Assembly: GCA_964035545.1 (NCBI GenBank)
Contig: OZ037766.1
Span: 21,006,767 to 21,070,766, forward strand
DNA from: Bugula neritina
Lineage: Eukaryota; Animalia; Bryozoa
DNA length: 64,000 bases
Direction: 5' to 3'
The translations under genes and the position numbers were made by a program. Of the stretch, positions 27,588 to 39,842 are shown piece after piece (the stretch's first letter is position 1; every line of letters starts with the position of its first letter). Below the pieces are notes generated by a model that was not told the origin of the DNA, ran no database searches, and was given only the letters and a program-made list of their open reading frames with translations.

Positions 27588-29227
27588 GCTGCACCACAGT
27601 AAGTGCAGGTCAACTTATTGATGCATGCATAAATCAAACTTTACAATAAGCTATTTTGAAATAAACAGTAGTGCAACATGAGTTGATAGAAAAGAAGTGC
27701 CAAGCTCACTACTTAAGACTATTTATTTTACATTTATAAACAGATTGTATAATGCAGATATCTGATTCCCAATTCATAGATATTAGTAAAAAAATACTAA
27801 TTTTAAATTTTTTGGCATTTTTTATTTTGAAATCAAATTAAACTTTGTAAAAAGTCAAATACCAGGTACATGAAATGCACCTCAAAAAGTCCCCAATTTA
27901 TTAAAGACCTGATCACCATATTTTTATATCTCTTGTGCAACATAAAGTTTTTGCTATTTCTAAAATATTTGTTTTTAGCAAACTTGGCTTCACTGAAAAA
28001 TTAATCAAAACTAAATAACAGATAGGATATATGCAGGTTAAAGAAAAAATGTCAATACTATAATATATTACTCTATATCAAAGACTTTCATCTTACAGCA
28101 ACGACTATGGTATATTCCTTCCATAAATCTTCACCATGCATATCAAGGTTGGCACACTGCGACGTTAATTCTCAATTCACTATTCAACCTGAAGATTACA
28201 CACTGCATATAGAAATCACTAAGCTGTTATTTTTTTGGGTTAAATTTGTAACTTTATGCAACAAATACTCAATTCTCTAAAACTATCTGAAACAATTTAC
28301 AATATACAGTTTAATAAGGATCAAAAGTAAATAAAATGATGATTTACCTACTGAATGCATATTAGACAGCAGAAAAACCACCCAATATAACAGTAATATC
28401 ATATAGTTCTGTACCTACATAAATGAAGTAACTTGTGTTCAGTAAGTCATATTGCAGATTTAAGAATATAGTGCTCATCAAATATGGCCTATGTTGGATA
28501 AGATTTTCCGGTTTTTGCTAGTTGTATAGATGTATGATTAGAAGAAACTATGAACTTACTGGTATGAAGATGAGTAATAGCAACATGAGAACAAATAATA
28601 CACCTCACAGTATCATATAATAAAGGTAGGAGAGCAAATTATAGGTGTATGAAAGCCTAGCTTACATAAGCTTACGAGAAAGAATGATGTGTGAGCATAT
28701 ATATATATATGAGATTTAATAATTTTTGATCAATAATTGGCACTTGACGTATTATATGAAGTTGTAACATAAAATAAGTTTCTTCATAAAAGTACACATG
28801 AACCGCCACTAGAATACAAAAAATCTGGTTTTCCAGGATTCATTATTGCTTTTTATAGCACTTCTATTTATAGCTGTTTAATTCAGGTTCAGCTTCATGT
28901 TGCTTAATTTCAGGATTAAAAGTATAATTATATTATTTCTAATAGATAGTTAGATATAGACATAAACTTATCCGCCCACAGAATTATTGGTTTTATGAAT
29001 CTAATAATAATGGCCATTACACTAATTGCAGATGAGCTGTACTATAATTTTCACAGTTATAATGTACGTTTGAAAAAGTAGCTCAACTGTGCAATGTGCA
29101 ATAATTTACTGAAGTCGCATTCAATAGGATTTCAAGTGTTGCACTGCAAGCTTCAATGTAGGAGCAATAAAATTGCAGTTTGAAAAGACAGAAATTCACG
29201 TGTAAACTAAAGCTACCAACTAGAAAA

Positions 29228-30196
29228 ATGTTGAGTTTGCATCATGCAATAACAGCTTTGTTATACCTAACTATTTGGACAGTTGCAAATTATGAAGTCG
29301 GTGGTAAGGAAATTTTTTATGTAGCTCATGACAGAGATAACTATTCAACCGTGCTTTAATTTGACAATTCTTTCTAATTTTAAGTAAAACTATTTTATTC
29401 TAGCTATACTTTTTGTATTTATAAGATATGTTATTAAGCTCTCTTACTTACTGATGCAGCGGCTTGCCCACGGACACATCGTGCCTTGGAAAATCCAATT
29501 AATGGCCACTGCATAGAAAAGTCCGGATTCAAAGCAGACTGGGATAAAGCTAAACGATACTGCATGAATAAAGGAGGACATTTGCTTACACTGGACTCAT
29601 TTAACAGTACCATGTGGTTCAAGAACATGAGGTCCCAGCATAACAGTGAGTTTCACTCTATTACTATTGCATTAATTTGGAAAGTTTTAGCTGAATATTC
29701 TTAAACTAAAATTAAAAGTTTTTTCGACCAAAGAATAATTTCATATGTTGGAATTAGTCTGAAAACAGTAGTTTACACATTCAATATGGAAGTTGGTTAT
29801 TTTGGCCAAGCAGTTGTACTCATAATTTACATACTTTCTAAAATAATCTAAAAGCTTTAGTTGCTGCTTGAATATTATACAAATGTTCATACAGCTTCAA
29901 CCTCATGAAGTTATTAATAACTTATGTTGGCAGTGCTGTTCCACGCGTACCCTCTCTGGATTGGAGGTCGAAAAAACTACAACCACGTCTGGGAATGGCA
30001 CAAAAGAGGAACAAAGACACCAATTGAGTACTCCGATTGGTACGAACGACAGCCTGATATATTCCATGGTGGACACGCTTGTCTTAGAGTGTACGGCCAC
30101 TCATACGACACAAATGTAAAGGAGCAGGTCCAGTGGGATGATGCTCCTTGTACTAGAAAAGAGTTCTTTATTTGTGAAACATATCCAAATGCTTGA
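29228..30196 (+). CDS. Secreted C-type lectin CTL-E (174 aa; QPD / WDD)
   Basis: Exons 29228-29303 (MLSLHHAITALLYLTIWTVAN..), 29460-29645, 29934-30196; phase-1 introns. Confidence 0.9.
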
Positions 30197-31236
30197 CATA
30201 CTTATTATGGTTTAAATGATTGTTAAAACAATTTTAATAACAAATTATCTTGCTTCCCACTTCAAATTTTATTCAACATATTTTTACAGTTGCATGTGTA
30301 TTTAGAACAAAGTATTATTTCTGAAATAAAAAACTTGAACCTTTCATATAATAATTGTAATAGTACTATTTTTAGCTCAACTTCTCAGTTATGTAATTGT
30401 TTACCGGCAGCTTAAAAATGTCTGTTGAGAGAAAAAAATTTACTGAGTGAATTGTTGCCCGATTAATTGCAACTTGAAGTAATTTGGTAAAGTTTAATTT
30501 ATTGCATGAACATGGAGTTTTGAAATAGAATGCAAAAGCAAAATAACACACATTTATTAATTATATCACTGAAATACCATGACATTTTATTATACTGCAT
30601 TGCATAATACATTCATTATGTATGCTACTCTGCTCAACTTTCAAGCTTTAAGAAAACTAAATTGCATATATTTAGTTAACTGCCTACACTCAATTTTATT
30701 CAAAAAATATTTCTGTAAAGTATATCTCAAAACTAGACAGTGATTTTGCAATATTCAATTTTACTAGTCTAAACCCAACTTATAGGTTCTTTTTTTGATC
30801 ATCACATGCAGACCAGTTAGGTTGTAGCAGCTGAGCATTAAATTAAATCAAACTCTCAAAGTTCAAGTTTTGACTATATCGATATGAACATCGCAAATGG
30901 GTGTTTAGGTTCTGAAAAAAAATTGAATTCACTGTGCAATTAATCAGTTGGCAACTATAAACGACACCTATTTTTCTCACAGCATTCATATTCTTACTGA
31001 ATATGGATCACTGCATGTGTTGATTGAAATAAATCTTTAGCAACACCATAAGGTTGCTTGTGAATTTGACTACTCATGTTTAATATGTCATCACTATACT
31101 TTGGCAAGTATAGGTTTTTTAGGGAAAATTTACTTTTCAAAGTAGAAAGACCAAAAATGAAATAATGAAGAAGTAAAGTTAACCAATGATACAGAGAAAC
31201 CCTCTTTTTCTGCTTTTCAATGTTATAATGATTTTT

Positions 31237-31354
31237 ATGTTCATATATATGTTGATGTATGTTGATATAATATGTTGATATATGTTATATATGTTCATAT
31301 ATGTTCATATATGTTGATATATGTTGGTATATGTTGATATATATGTTAATATAT
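31237..31354. repeat. Degenerate ~10-bp tandem repeat (ATATATGTTG)n
   Basis: Visible array; similar units resume at about 31788-31830, suggesting an insertion split it. Confidence 0.75.
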
Positions 31355-32410
31355 GTGACCGCCCACACAAAAAAGGGAACATTTGCCAGAGTTTCAAAAT
31401 TGAGTCATTAATATGAAACTATAGAACAGATCTTTGCAATCATTTTGCAACTTATTTAAAGTCTCTACTGCAAATAAAACTCAAGATATTGAAATTCAAA
31501 AGCCTTGGCGCTTTTGAAACGGTCAATTCGAGTTTTTGAAAAATTCACTTTTAAAGTAAGCAAGTCAAGAATAATTTATGAATTATTTGTTTACATTTAT
31601 CAAGCCTTAGCAACGTGCTTTTTTATCTTAGCAAACTGGACAAAATTGGCATCAGAATATATTTTGTTCAAGTATGGGCTTTAATATATCAATTATTATA
31701 AACAAATAAAAGTGTAGAAATTTAGCATAAATGAAACCTAAATTAATTTATAAAGCAGAAAGACTGCTTAGGTGATTCTTACGGTCTTATGTTGGTATAT
31801 GTTTAGATATATGCTTATAGCCTATATGCTTATATAAATATAGTTATGGTTATATCTGTGTTTGTATATTATGTCATTTAGTCCCACTATCCTCTTTACA
31901 TTAAACACCCAAATCATGCTATCCGTTCAAGCAATTGCCACTTTTAATTTGCAGTAGAATATATTATTTCTAATGTTGTTTGAATAAAATAGTCAGTTTA
32001 CCGCAACATTGTTTTGTTATTATAAGTGTTTATATGATTGAATTAATTATGTGACTATATATGCTATACATAATAATTAAATAATCAAGTGGCAATCTTT
32101 TCTAAATAACATTTGGATGTCAAGCATATGAAAAGCTGTTAAATAGAATAATTATACACTGATGATAATGAAACTTGAAAATAATAAATGTATGGTTCAT
32201 TTAATTGTATGCTACAATAGGCATAACTTAGCAGTATGCATCCTCTTATATGCACAGCTTCTTGCAGTGATAAATTATATATGTTTTGTATATTTAAGCG
32301 AACAAAGAAGTCCAGACAACCTTCAATTTACCTGTGCGGTCCACAGATATCTGCCTACATCCAGTCTGCCTGCTTTACAGTATATGGAAAGAAGCATAGA
32401 GTAGAAGAAA

Positions 32411-33919
32411 ATGGTCGACTTCAATCAGCTTCTCATAATTGCATCTCTCCTACTTGTATTTGTCTGGACAGCGACATGTACTCCTCTATCTGGCTGTAAG
32501 TTCCTAAAGCTATTTTATATTTCAAAGAATTTAATTTTTCAATATTAAAAACTTATATGTATTGTATAATTATTTTCCAACAAACATCACTGCTGTAAAC
32601 TGCTTACCCACACGCATTCTAATAGGCTGAAAGGTTGATTTGATTTAGTCATTGTTAAAAAAGATGTATGCAATATTGTTTCTTCAAATGCATCAATCAG
32701 ATTTACCTTTAATGCCGTTAGGCTGAAGCTTTGCACGTCTCACTTTATGTATGCTGGAATGTATGGTTCATTATTATCCACAATGCAGATAGATGTCCAC
32801 CAGAGTACACTCATAACCCTCACAATGACTACTGCCTTCGCTTGTTCACGGAGAAAGTTAATTGGGATGCAGCGATAAGAAGGTGTTCAGAAAATGGAGA
32901 TTCCCTGCTTGTATTGGACACACCTGAGACCATCAACTGGTTTAAAACTCTAAGGAAGCATAACCCATGTGAGCTTCAACATTCTTATGTAGCATATTAC
33001 TTTTAATTACATTAAGTTTAAAATTAATAAAATACTTTGCTGAAAATTTACAGTCGAAATAATTTTTTTCATAATATTTGTTAAATAGTTACATTAATTA
33101 TGAATGATTATGGTCTAGTGACCTAGCGTCAATAAAATTATGTGCATATTGATTTATTCATTTATATGCATGACTTTCTAATTTCAAATCATTACCAGAA
33201 AGCATTAACATTTAAAGTTTTGCATCAAAATTAAGTTACCCATATTGGTGACAGGAACAATTAAAGCGAAACATATTTTGAGCCTGTGGTTTAATGTTAA
33301 AAACAACCGCTAGCTTTATTCTTAAAATATGTATTTTTTATTAAAACTAGTCTTAAAAGCTAGTCAAATGTTATGCTATTTTTAGATTAAAATTAGAAAA
33401 AATAAATTATATATAATTAATGTACGTATTACATATTAAAAAATAACATGAAACATGTTTATTTAACAAATCAACTGCCCTTTGTTAAACTTAATATAAA
33501 GTTTGGTTAATGGCTTTATGTTAACTATAGTGAATTAATTATTGCTATAGAAACGCACCCTTACGAAATCACCATCTATATAATCTTTCAACATAGTATA
33601 TTAGCAAATTGAGAGTTTCCAGTTACAAAAGAGTAATATGAGTGTATTTTACTGCTTGCTTTTAGATTGGGCTCATAATGACAACATTTGGTTAGCTGGT
33701 AAAAGAGTAGCAAAGAAATGGAGATGGACTGGCAGAGTGGACGGCCCTTTACTGTATGCCGATTGGGCTGTCAAAGAGCCCAACAGTTGGTTGATTTGGA
33801 CTAAGCCGTTCTGTACGATGACATACCCAGCACCAAAATTCACTTGGGATGACAATCGATGTGATCACAAGTGGAGTTATGTATGCGAGAGGCCTGGTGA
33901 AGCATATTCCCTTGACTGA
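32411..33919 (+). CDS. Secreted C-type lectin CTL-F (172 aa; EPN / WDD)
   Basis: Exons 32411-32495 (MVDFNQLLIIASLLLVFVWTATC..), 32789-32968, 33666-33919. Confidence 0.9.
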
Positions 33920-34679
33920 GTCTACATCAATACTCCTTGATCTAATGTTGGATGCATTTATAGAAGTGATTGCATCAGTTTCTTATTTCTGTTGTATCAC
34001 TTGTAGAAAGCAGATCGAATTTCAATAAAACATATATTTGACAATAAAGAAAATTGATCTTGTTGAACTATTTCATTGGCATGTTTTTTTCTCTTTTCAC
34101 TCCATTAAGGTACAAACAATATTATTTAGTAAGTAGTATTAGTCTCTTACAGTATGATGATGAATTGTTGATATAAATAAATGCGAGACACACCAAACCA
34201 ATAGCATACACCAACGTCTCAGGCAATGGGAATTTTAGTATGCATTATAGATGCAGCTATAAAGTTAATAATTATTAGTTTATTGCAATTTAGAAAAAAG
34301 TTTAACATATATTATATAAATTAATTTGGATGAGTCTTATTTTATGATTGTAAACGTTTTTTATAATTATACTTATAAATAGTTTCATAGTTTTAAAAAC
34401 GATATAAATATAGCAATAACAAAAAATATGTTGCTGTCCTTTAACCAAGGTGTATACTATTGTTGTTAAAGTGATCTATACAGACATGTTTTAAGAACAG
34501 TACAACAATTTCAATTTTCTGATATTGGTCACTTAAACTTATCAGGAAATCTGTCTAGGTCAAGACTTTTAAGGATACTCATTGGTGCACACCATTTGAC
34601 TTTAATAATGTATAGCTGAGCTTATTCAAAACTTAGCAGGACTAAGGCTTTGTTAATGCTTTGCAAGCTGCAATGATTA

Positions 34680-34981
34680 GCCTAGGGCCACACGGTGCGT
34701 ATTTTCGCATGCGAAAATTGAAATCACAAGTAGCAAAGGCTACCACTGTACGCGTTGAGAAAACATTCGCACTTGTCGCTCAGCATTCTCAACGCAAGTG
34801 CGAATCGTCTCTGTCGTCATCACCTAATTGGCTGGTAGTTATTCAGCGAGCCCAATTTCTTTATTTTAGTGCTACATTCCAGTAAATTGCGTTTTATTGA
34901 AAGCGAGTGCGATTTAAAAATGAAAGCTTTATTTATCACGCATCACTGACGCTACAGTGGACACCTTTGCTACTTGTGATT
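34680..34981. mobile_element. PIF/Harbinger-like MITE, copy with truncated right TIR
   Basis: Highly similar to 55461-55804 from the left TIR (preceded by TTA) into the first ~28 nt of the right TIR, then breaks off. Confidence 0.85.
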
Positions 34982-35016
34982 ACTCAAAACAGTTCACAAC
35001 TGCTGTCCACAGATTA

Positions 35017-35018
<2 letters not shown>

Positions 35019-35094
<76 letters not shown>
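35019..35094. repeat. (AT)n microsatellite
   Basis: Directly visible. Confidence 0.95.
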
Positions 35095-35101
<7 letters not shown>

Positions 35102-35358
35102 GACACAACTGTACTGCTTTTCACCTGACGAGGTATTATACTAACTATATTATAATATGTATTATATACAGACATGTAAATATACAGAATGACAAATTGA
35201 AATTGGAGTTATGCTTTCATAAAATATAGAGAAACAGGAGAAGACAATCACTCCTAACTTAATGGTTGTCCTAATGGGTATCTGTTGAGATATTTTAATT
35301 GTCTATATAATATCATAATAACTAAAGCTAACTTGATAATATATATGTAATTATTTTT

Positions 35359-35776
35359 GGGTAATTTTACCTAATTTAGTACACACTCAAAACCTCAAGT
35401 TTTTAGAGCTCTATGTTTCACAATTTAGTTGCTATTGAATATAGGTTCTTGCCAAAAACCAATGAAACATCAGTAGATGCAACTAAATAATTAAGGTTCT
35501 TTTTTATTTTGCTCAATTTTCCATGTTTTTTTCACTAATTTGGATTTGCGGACCGTCACGGTTTTTTTCGTGACTGTTTGCAAATCCAAATCAGCTGAAT
35601 AAGTGGAAAAAACCATGGGAATCAAGCAATATTGAAAAGAACCTTGACTATTTAGTCGTATTTCTTAATTGTCTCAATATTTTAGAGCAAAAACCCATAT
35701 AAATTAGCAGCTAAACTGTCAAAAATAGCTAAACACTAGAGATTTTGAGTGTGTATTAAATTAAGTAAAATGACTC
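35359..35776. mobile_element. ~418-bp imperfect palindrome (foldback/hairpin MITE-like)
   Basis: Left arm 35359-35560 is the diverged reverse complement of right arm 35569-35776 (GGGTAATTTTACCTAATTTAGTACACACTCAAAA vs TTTTGAGTGTGTATTAAATTAAGTAAAATGACTC). Centre is GTCACG-GTTTTTTT-CGTGAC. Confidence 0.8.
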
Positions 35777-35988
35777 TTTTCTATGTTATAGTGGTCAGGT
35801 ATTTTCTAGCATATCTAGTATTAATTAATCTAAACTTCTTGCTTGTTCCTTTCTTGCTTCAACTGATTTGCTCTTAGAAAATTTTCCTCAATCTAACATG
35901 TCCATCATACCTGTGATGGATTTTAATTCCCATGTACTTCGTATCATATGGCAAACGCTCTGCTCATTCACTATGTATTAGTATAGTG

Positions 35989-36210
35989 CAGGGGTGGGCA
36001 ACTGAGGACTCCAGGGCCATCTGTGACCCTTTGCTCATTCATCAGTGGCCTTTTTAATGCTTAAGGTAAGTAAAACCTTTTATATATGCATTCTCATTAG
36101 CACAGTATAGGTTTGGTGATGACTTAATTTCTTATAATAAAATTTAATACGTGTACAATTGTGTTGCCTTTTGTTTTTTGCTCTCATACAAAAGAAGTTG
36201 CCCACTCTTG
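35989..36210. mobile_element. hAT (Charlie-like) MITE
   Basis: Ends CAGGGGTGGGCAACT and AGTTGCCCACTCTTG; degenerate 8-bp flanks GTATAGTG / GTGTAATT. Confidence 0.65.
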
Positions 36211-37660
36211 GTGTAATTGATCAATCATAAGTTCATATAATTGCTACTCTAATACATCTGCGTATGTCTTCTTTAGTGTAACTATTCTGTAAACTATGAA
36301 TATATTTTATATACTCTACAATATGTTTAAATAAGATAACAAAAATGTCTTACATTGAAATATCCATTTTTTCTTTTTAAAATATACTGATGCAACTGTA
36401 TAGCCGTATTGCATTAGATAAATTTACCAAAACAAGCAATAATGTTTTATATATAAACAAAAAGTTTATTGCAGTAACAATTATATGTAGCTCATAAACA
36501 GTTTCTTATATGGTAGATTTTAAATACTTCTCAGATCTTATATAACTTTAAAGGCTTTGTATATATATAATTTCAACCTGCTTTTATCAATTTGTTATTT
36601 ACATTATTTGAAACAAAAATGGAAATTTGTTTGCTATTTAAAATGGCTAGTATTAACTAAAAAGTTGAGCAGTTTTTTGAAAAGTATATTGTAACAAATC
36701 AGCTGATGTCTGAACAGGACAAAGCAAAGATAGGTGAGAATATTATAACAAGTCAGCCAATCTCACAAAAAGAATATTAAACAAAATTATGCTAATTCAG
36801 ATCAGTTATTGCTTCTTATTAAAGTACTTTATTTGCAAATTTGCAATTATTTTTTATAAAAAAATGAGAAATACTTTTGGAAGTAAACTTTTACCCATTT
36901 AAAAAAACAGATGGCAAACTTCTGAGTCAGTTTAACAACTTTGAACTTGCATACCAAACAGTATAAGCTTATAGTAACAAACAACTTGGGGTTGAAAATA
37001 AACTAGGTTACCTTTATTGAAAACAATTCATTTGAAATTATTATTTTATATTCCCTTAAATTATTCAGATTAGAATCTACAAACATAATCTTTTTTATTC
37101 AAAATCCTTTTCACCCTTGAAACATGTCAATGAGTGAAATGTTTTGACGGTTTAAAATAAGCTTCTTAACGTAATTTCTATTTATGTCAGCGTCTATACT
37201 ATATTATTTCTTACTAGCTTAAAGTTTTAGTTGCGAGTTTGTAGCATTAAAACTGTTTGGCATTGTTATAAGCAATGTATGGTTACATTGTAATGCTTCT
37301 GTTTACTTCTAGTGAACAGGTTATAATAAAATAAACCACTTCTAACTTATAATCTAGACATTGTAAACATACATAAAATACTTCTTATTCTAAGCATATC
37401 TAAAATGAGCCAAAAGATTAAATAAAATTACAATCTACACATTCATAGTGCTGCTAAAGTGGCAAAATTAGTGTCCAAAAAGTATAGCAGGTTTTTACAA
37501 AAACATTATAGTAAAAAATTCATACTGCAGGCGCAAGAAGTCATGACAATTAGCTAACCCAATGTAAAGTTTAGGTTATATATCAATATATATTGGATTG
37601 ATTAACAGATATTATATTACATAACTTGGATAATATATATTGGGTTATATGTAATGTTAC

Positions 37661-37664
<4 letters not shown>

Positions 37665-37704
<40 letters not shown>
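37665..37704. repeat. (AT)n microsatellite
   Basis: Directly visible. Confidence 0.95.
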
Positions 37705-37705
<1 letters not shown>

Positions 37706-38185
37706 TTTCATTCCAAAGATATTTGATATTTTTGCAAGCCTACTACTATAATATGCTAGCAGTTGACCTTTCTAGATTGCAGCATAGTTTCATTTAAATG
37801 CATTATCTTACAGTTTAGATTAATGCAGTCATGTGTAAACTAACCAAGCTTTGTATCTTCAATGTGTACAATATGTGATTTATTAATTTGATGAAAACAA
37901 TATTGCCATCGTGACTTGTAAAAAATTGCATAAAATAGTATATTTTGGTTTTGCAATCTCAACTTTGCGAACATTATATTGCATCATTATTTATAATTTA
38001 AACTACTCCTTGGCATTAAGATATTTTGGTATTTCTAAATATATTTTTATTCCACGGCATAGCTTGCATTAATTCTGCAATTTAAAATTTCACCAGAGTT
38101 TTATTAAATTATATATAGTAAACAAACAAACAACTTTTTACTAATAAAAAAATGAAAATAACTGCAGAAGGTAGGACCAAAAAGC

Positions 38186-39143
38186 TTAGTTAACAGGTTT
38201 CTCACAGAGGTAGCGCTTTTTGGTTTCGCAGTTATCTTCTTTCCATGTAAAGTCTGGATACTTTAAAACTTGTAGACACTTGTCAACAGATGGTTTGTTA
38301 GCAGGACTGCCATGAATGTAATCTGATAACAGGATTGGTTCGTTATCTAGCTTACCATGCCACTTCCACACTCCCCCAGTGCTTTTACCCCCTATCCACA
38401 GTGAGCTAATTTCCCATCCTAAAGCAACACAATATGTGTATACATAATATGCACACATTGTATCTAATGTAATTTTATATATAATATTATAATAATATTA
38501 TAATTATAAGTAAAATTTTACGACTGTTAGCTATAGTTATGACAATTTTATAAAGTTTACCAGGAAAATGCTGTCTCAACGTCTTCAGCCAAACAATCCG
38601 CTCCAAAGTCTCGAGGACGAACAGTGTCTCTCCATTGCTTTCACACGCTTTCTTAGCATCAGCCCAGGATTTGGAATCACTTGATATCCGAAGACATATT
38701 TTACCAAAGCCACTGTATGCATACCCTTTTTTGGGACATGGGTCTAAAATATTAGGTGTTGTGAAACTTAAACATGGTGTATGTTAGGTTCAAATAGTAT
38801 AATTACTGCGATATTATCCTTTCAAAATCAGGTTAATATTTCTGCACTAAAACATATATAATAACTGTTTCAGAACGATATAAGCTGTAAAAATATACGT
38901 GATTATCAAACAATTTTATGCAGTAACATAAAATTGCCACGGTATCATTACAGCATAGAAGTTTTCCAACCAACAAACACTTATTAATATAACGTTGTTA
39001 CAACTTCATTAAATTCGACATGATTACATGTTATTTAATTGAATTTTAAAGTTCCACCCACCTTTGATCATGGCATTACTATAAGGTGACATGACAGTTA
39101 CTGTAACCAACAATATTATGAAGACGCTAGACAAATTTGCCAT
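38186..39143 (-). CDS. Secreted C-type lectin-like protein CTL-G (165 aa; SPA / WKE, canonical Ca2+/sugar site absent)
   Basis: Exons 39143-39062 (MANLSSVFIILLVTVTVMSPYSNA..), 38743-38561, 38418-38186; six Cys retained. Confidence 0.88.
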
Positions 39144-39794
39144 TTTCTTCCCAGCGTCAGTAACTATAGCTTAGAAATATATATTCACCAGCAAGCCACC
39201 TGGTTCTATCAAACCTCGCTGCAGTTTAAATAGCATAAAAAGCTGTTGCTAGTACAACCAGAATATTGTACCATAATCTTATAAGACTTGTTAATAATTC
39301 AAAACATATTATGTTTGGGCTTATTGTGTGCAACGCAATTGAAACAATGGCGTCTGTGTAAAGACCTTTGTAATCCTAAATACTAACTATAAATGTGTTG
39401 TCTCTGTTACCTAAGGTATTTACAATAAATTATATTGTTAAACTTTGATGACTAAGCTCAAATTAAATTCAGCAAAATATTATATGCATTTCATATTATT
39501 TTAACGCTATTATTTTTAGATAATTTCCGAAGGTCATAGCCTATTCCATTATTGAAAATGTAAAACTACAGCTACAAATTTATTACATTGCTAGCCAAAT
39601 AATTGGATTTTATTTCAGTATTTCAAATTTTTAAATTTAATTTTATAGCTTTAAATATGGCAGAATACAATTTTTTTTCATTCCATGCGAGCACTACTTT
39701 ACTGGTGATTAGGTGCAACTTTGCCTCTTTATATTGCTGCCGAATAATTTAATATCATTCATTATACAAGTTACTGCTGCTTATACCAAAGAAG

Positions 39795-39842
39795 ATGAAA
39801 ACCCAGTGGTCAACTGTTCTTTCTTTACTGGTGAAGCAAACT
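39795..39842 (+). pseudogene. Orphan MKSQW-type leader exon with 25-nt deletion
   Basis: ATGAAAACCCAGTGGTCAACTGTTCTTTCTTTACT/GGTGAAGCAAACT|GTAAGT is 48 nt versus 73 nt in intact paralogs. About 100 nt upstream is also homologous. No matching exon 2 or 3 follows. Confidence 0.8.

Noticed and set aside
31351-31790. Possible TIR element ATATGTGACCG...CGGTC splitting a minisatellite
   Set aside because: Right end too degenerate and no clear second copy in the window.
32236-32499. ORF containing YLCGPQISAYIQSACF, matching insulin B-chain spacing (C-x11-C) with basic residues on both sides
   Set aside because: No signal peptide and no A-chain (CC-x3-C-x8-C) seen. It lies in the presumed promoter/5' UTR of CTL-F and overlaps its leader exon in another frame. 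Treated as coincidence.
34661-34885. Near-identical ORFs at 34661-34885 and 55436-55645 as a small protein family
   Set aside because: Both are read-through of the same non-coding MITE.
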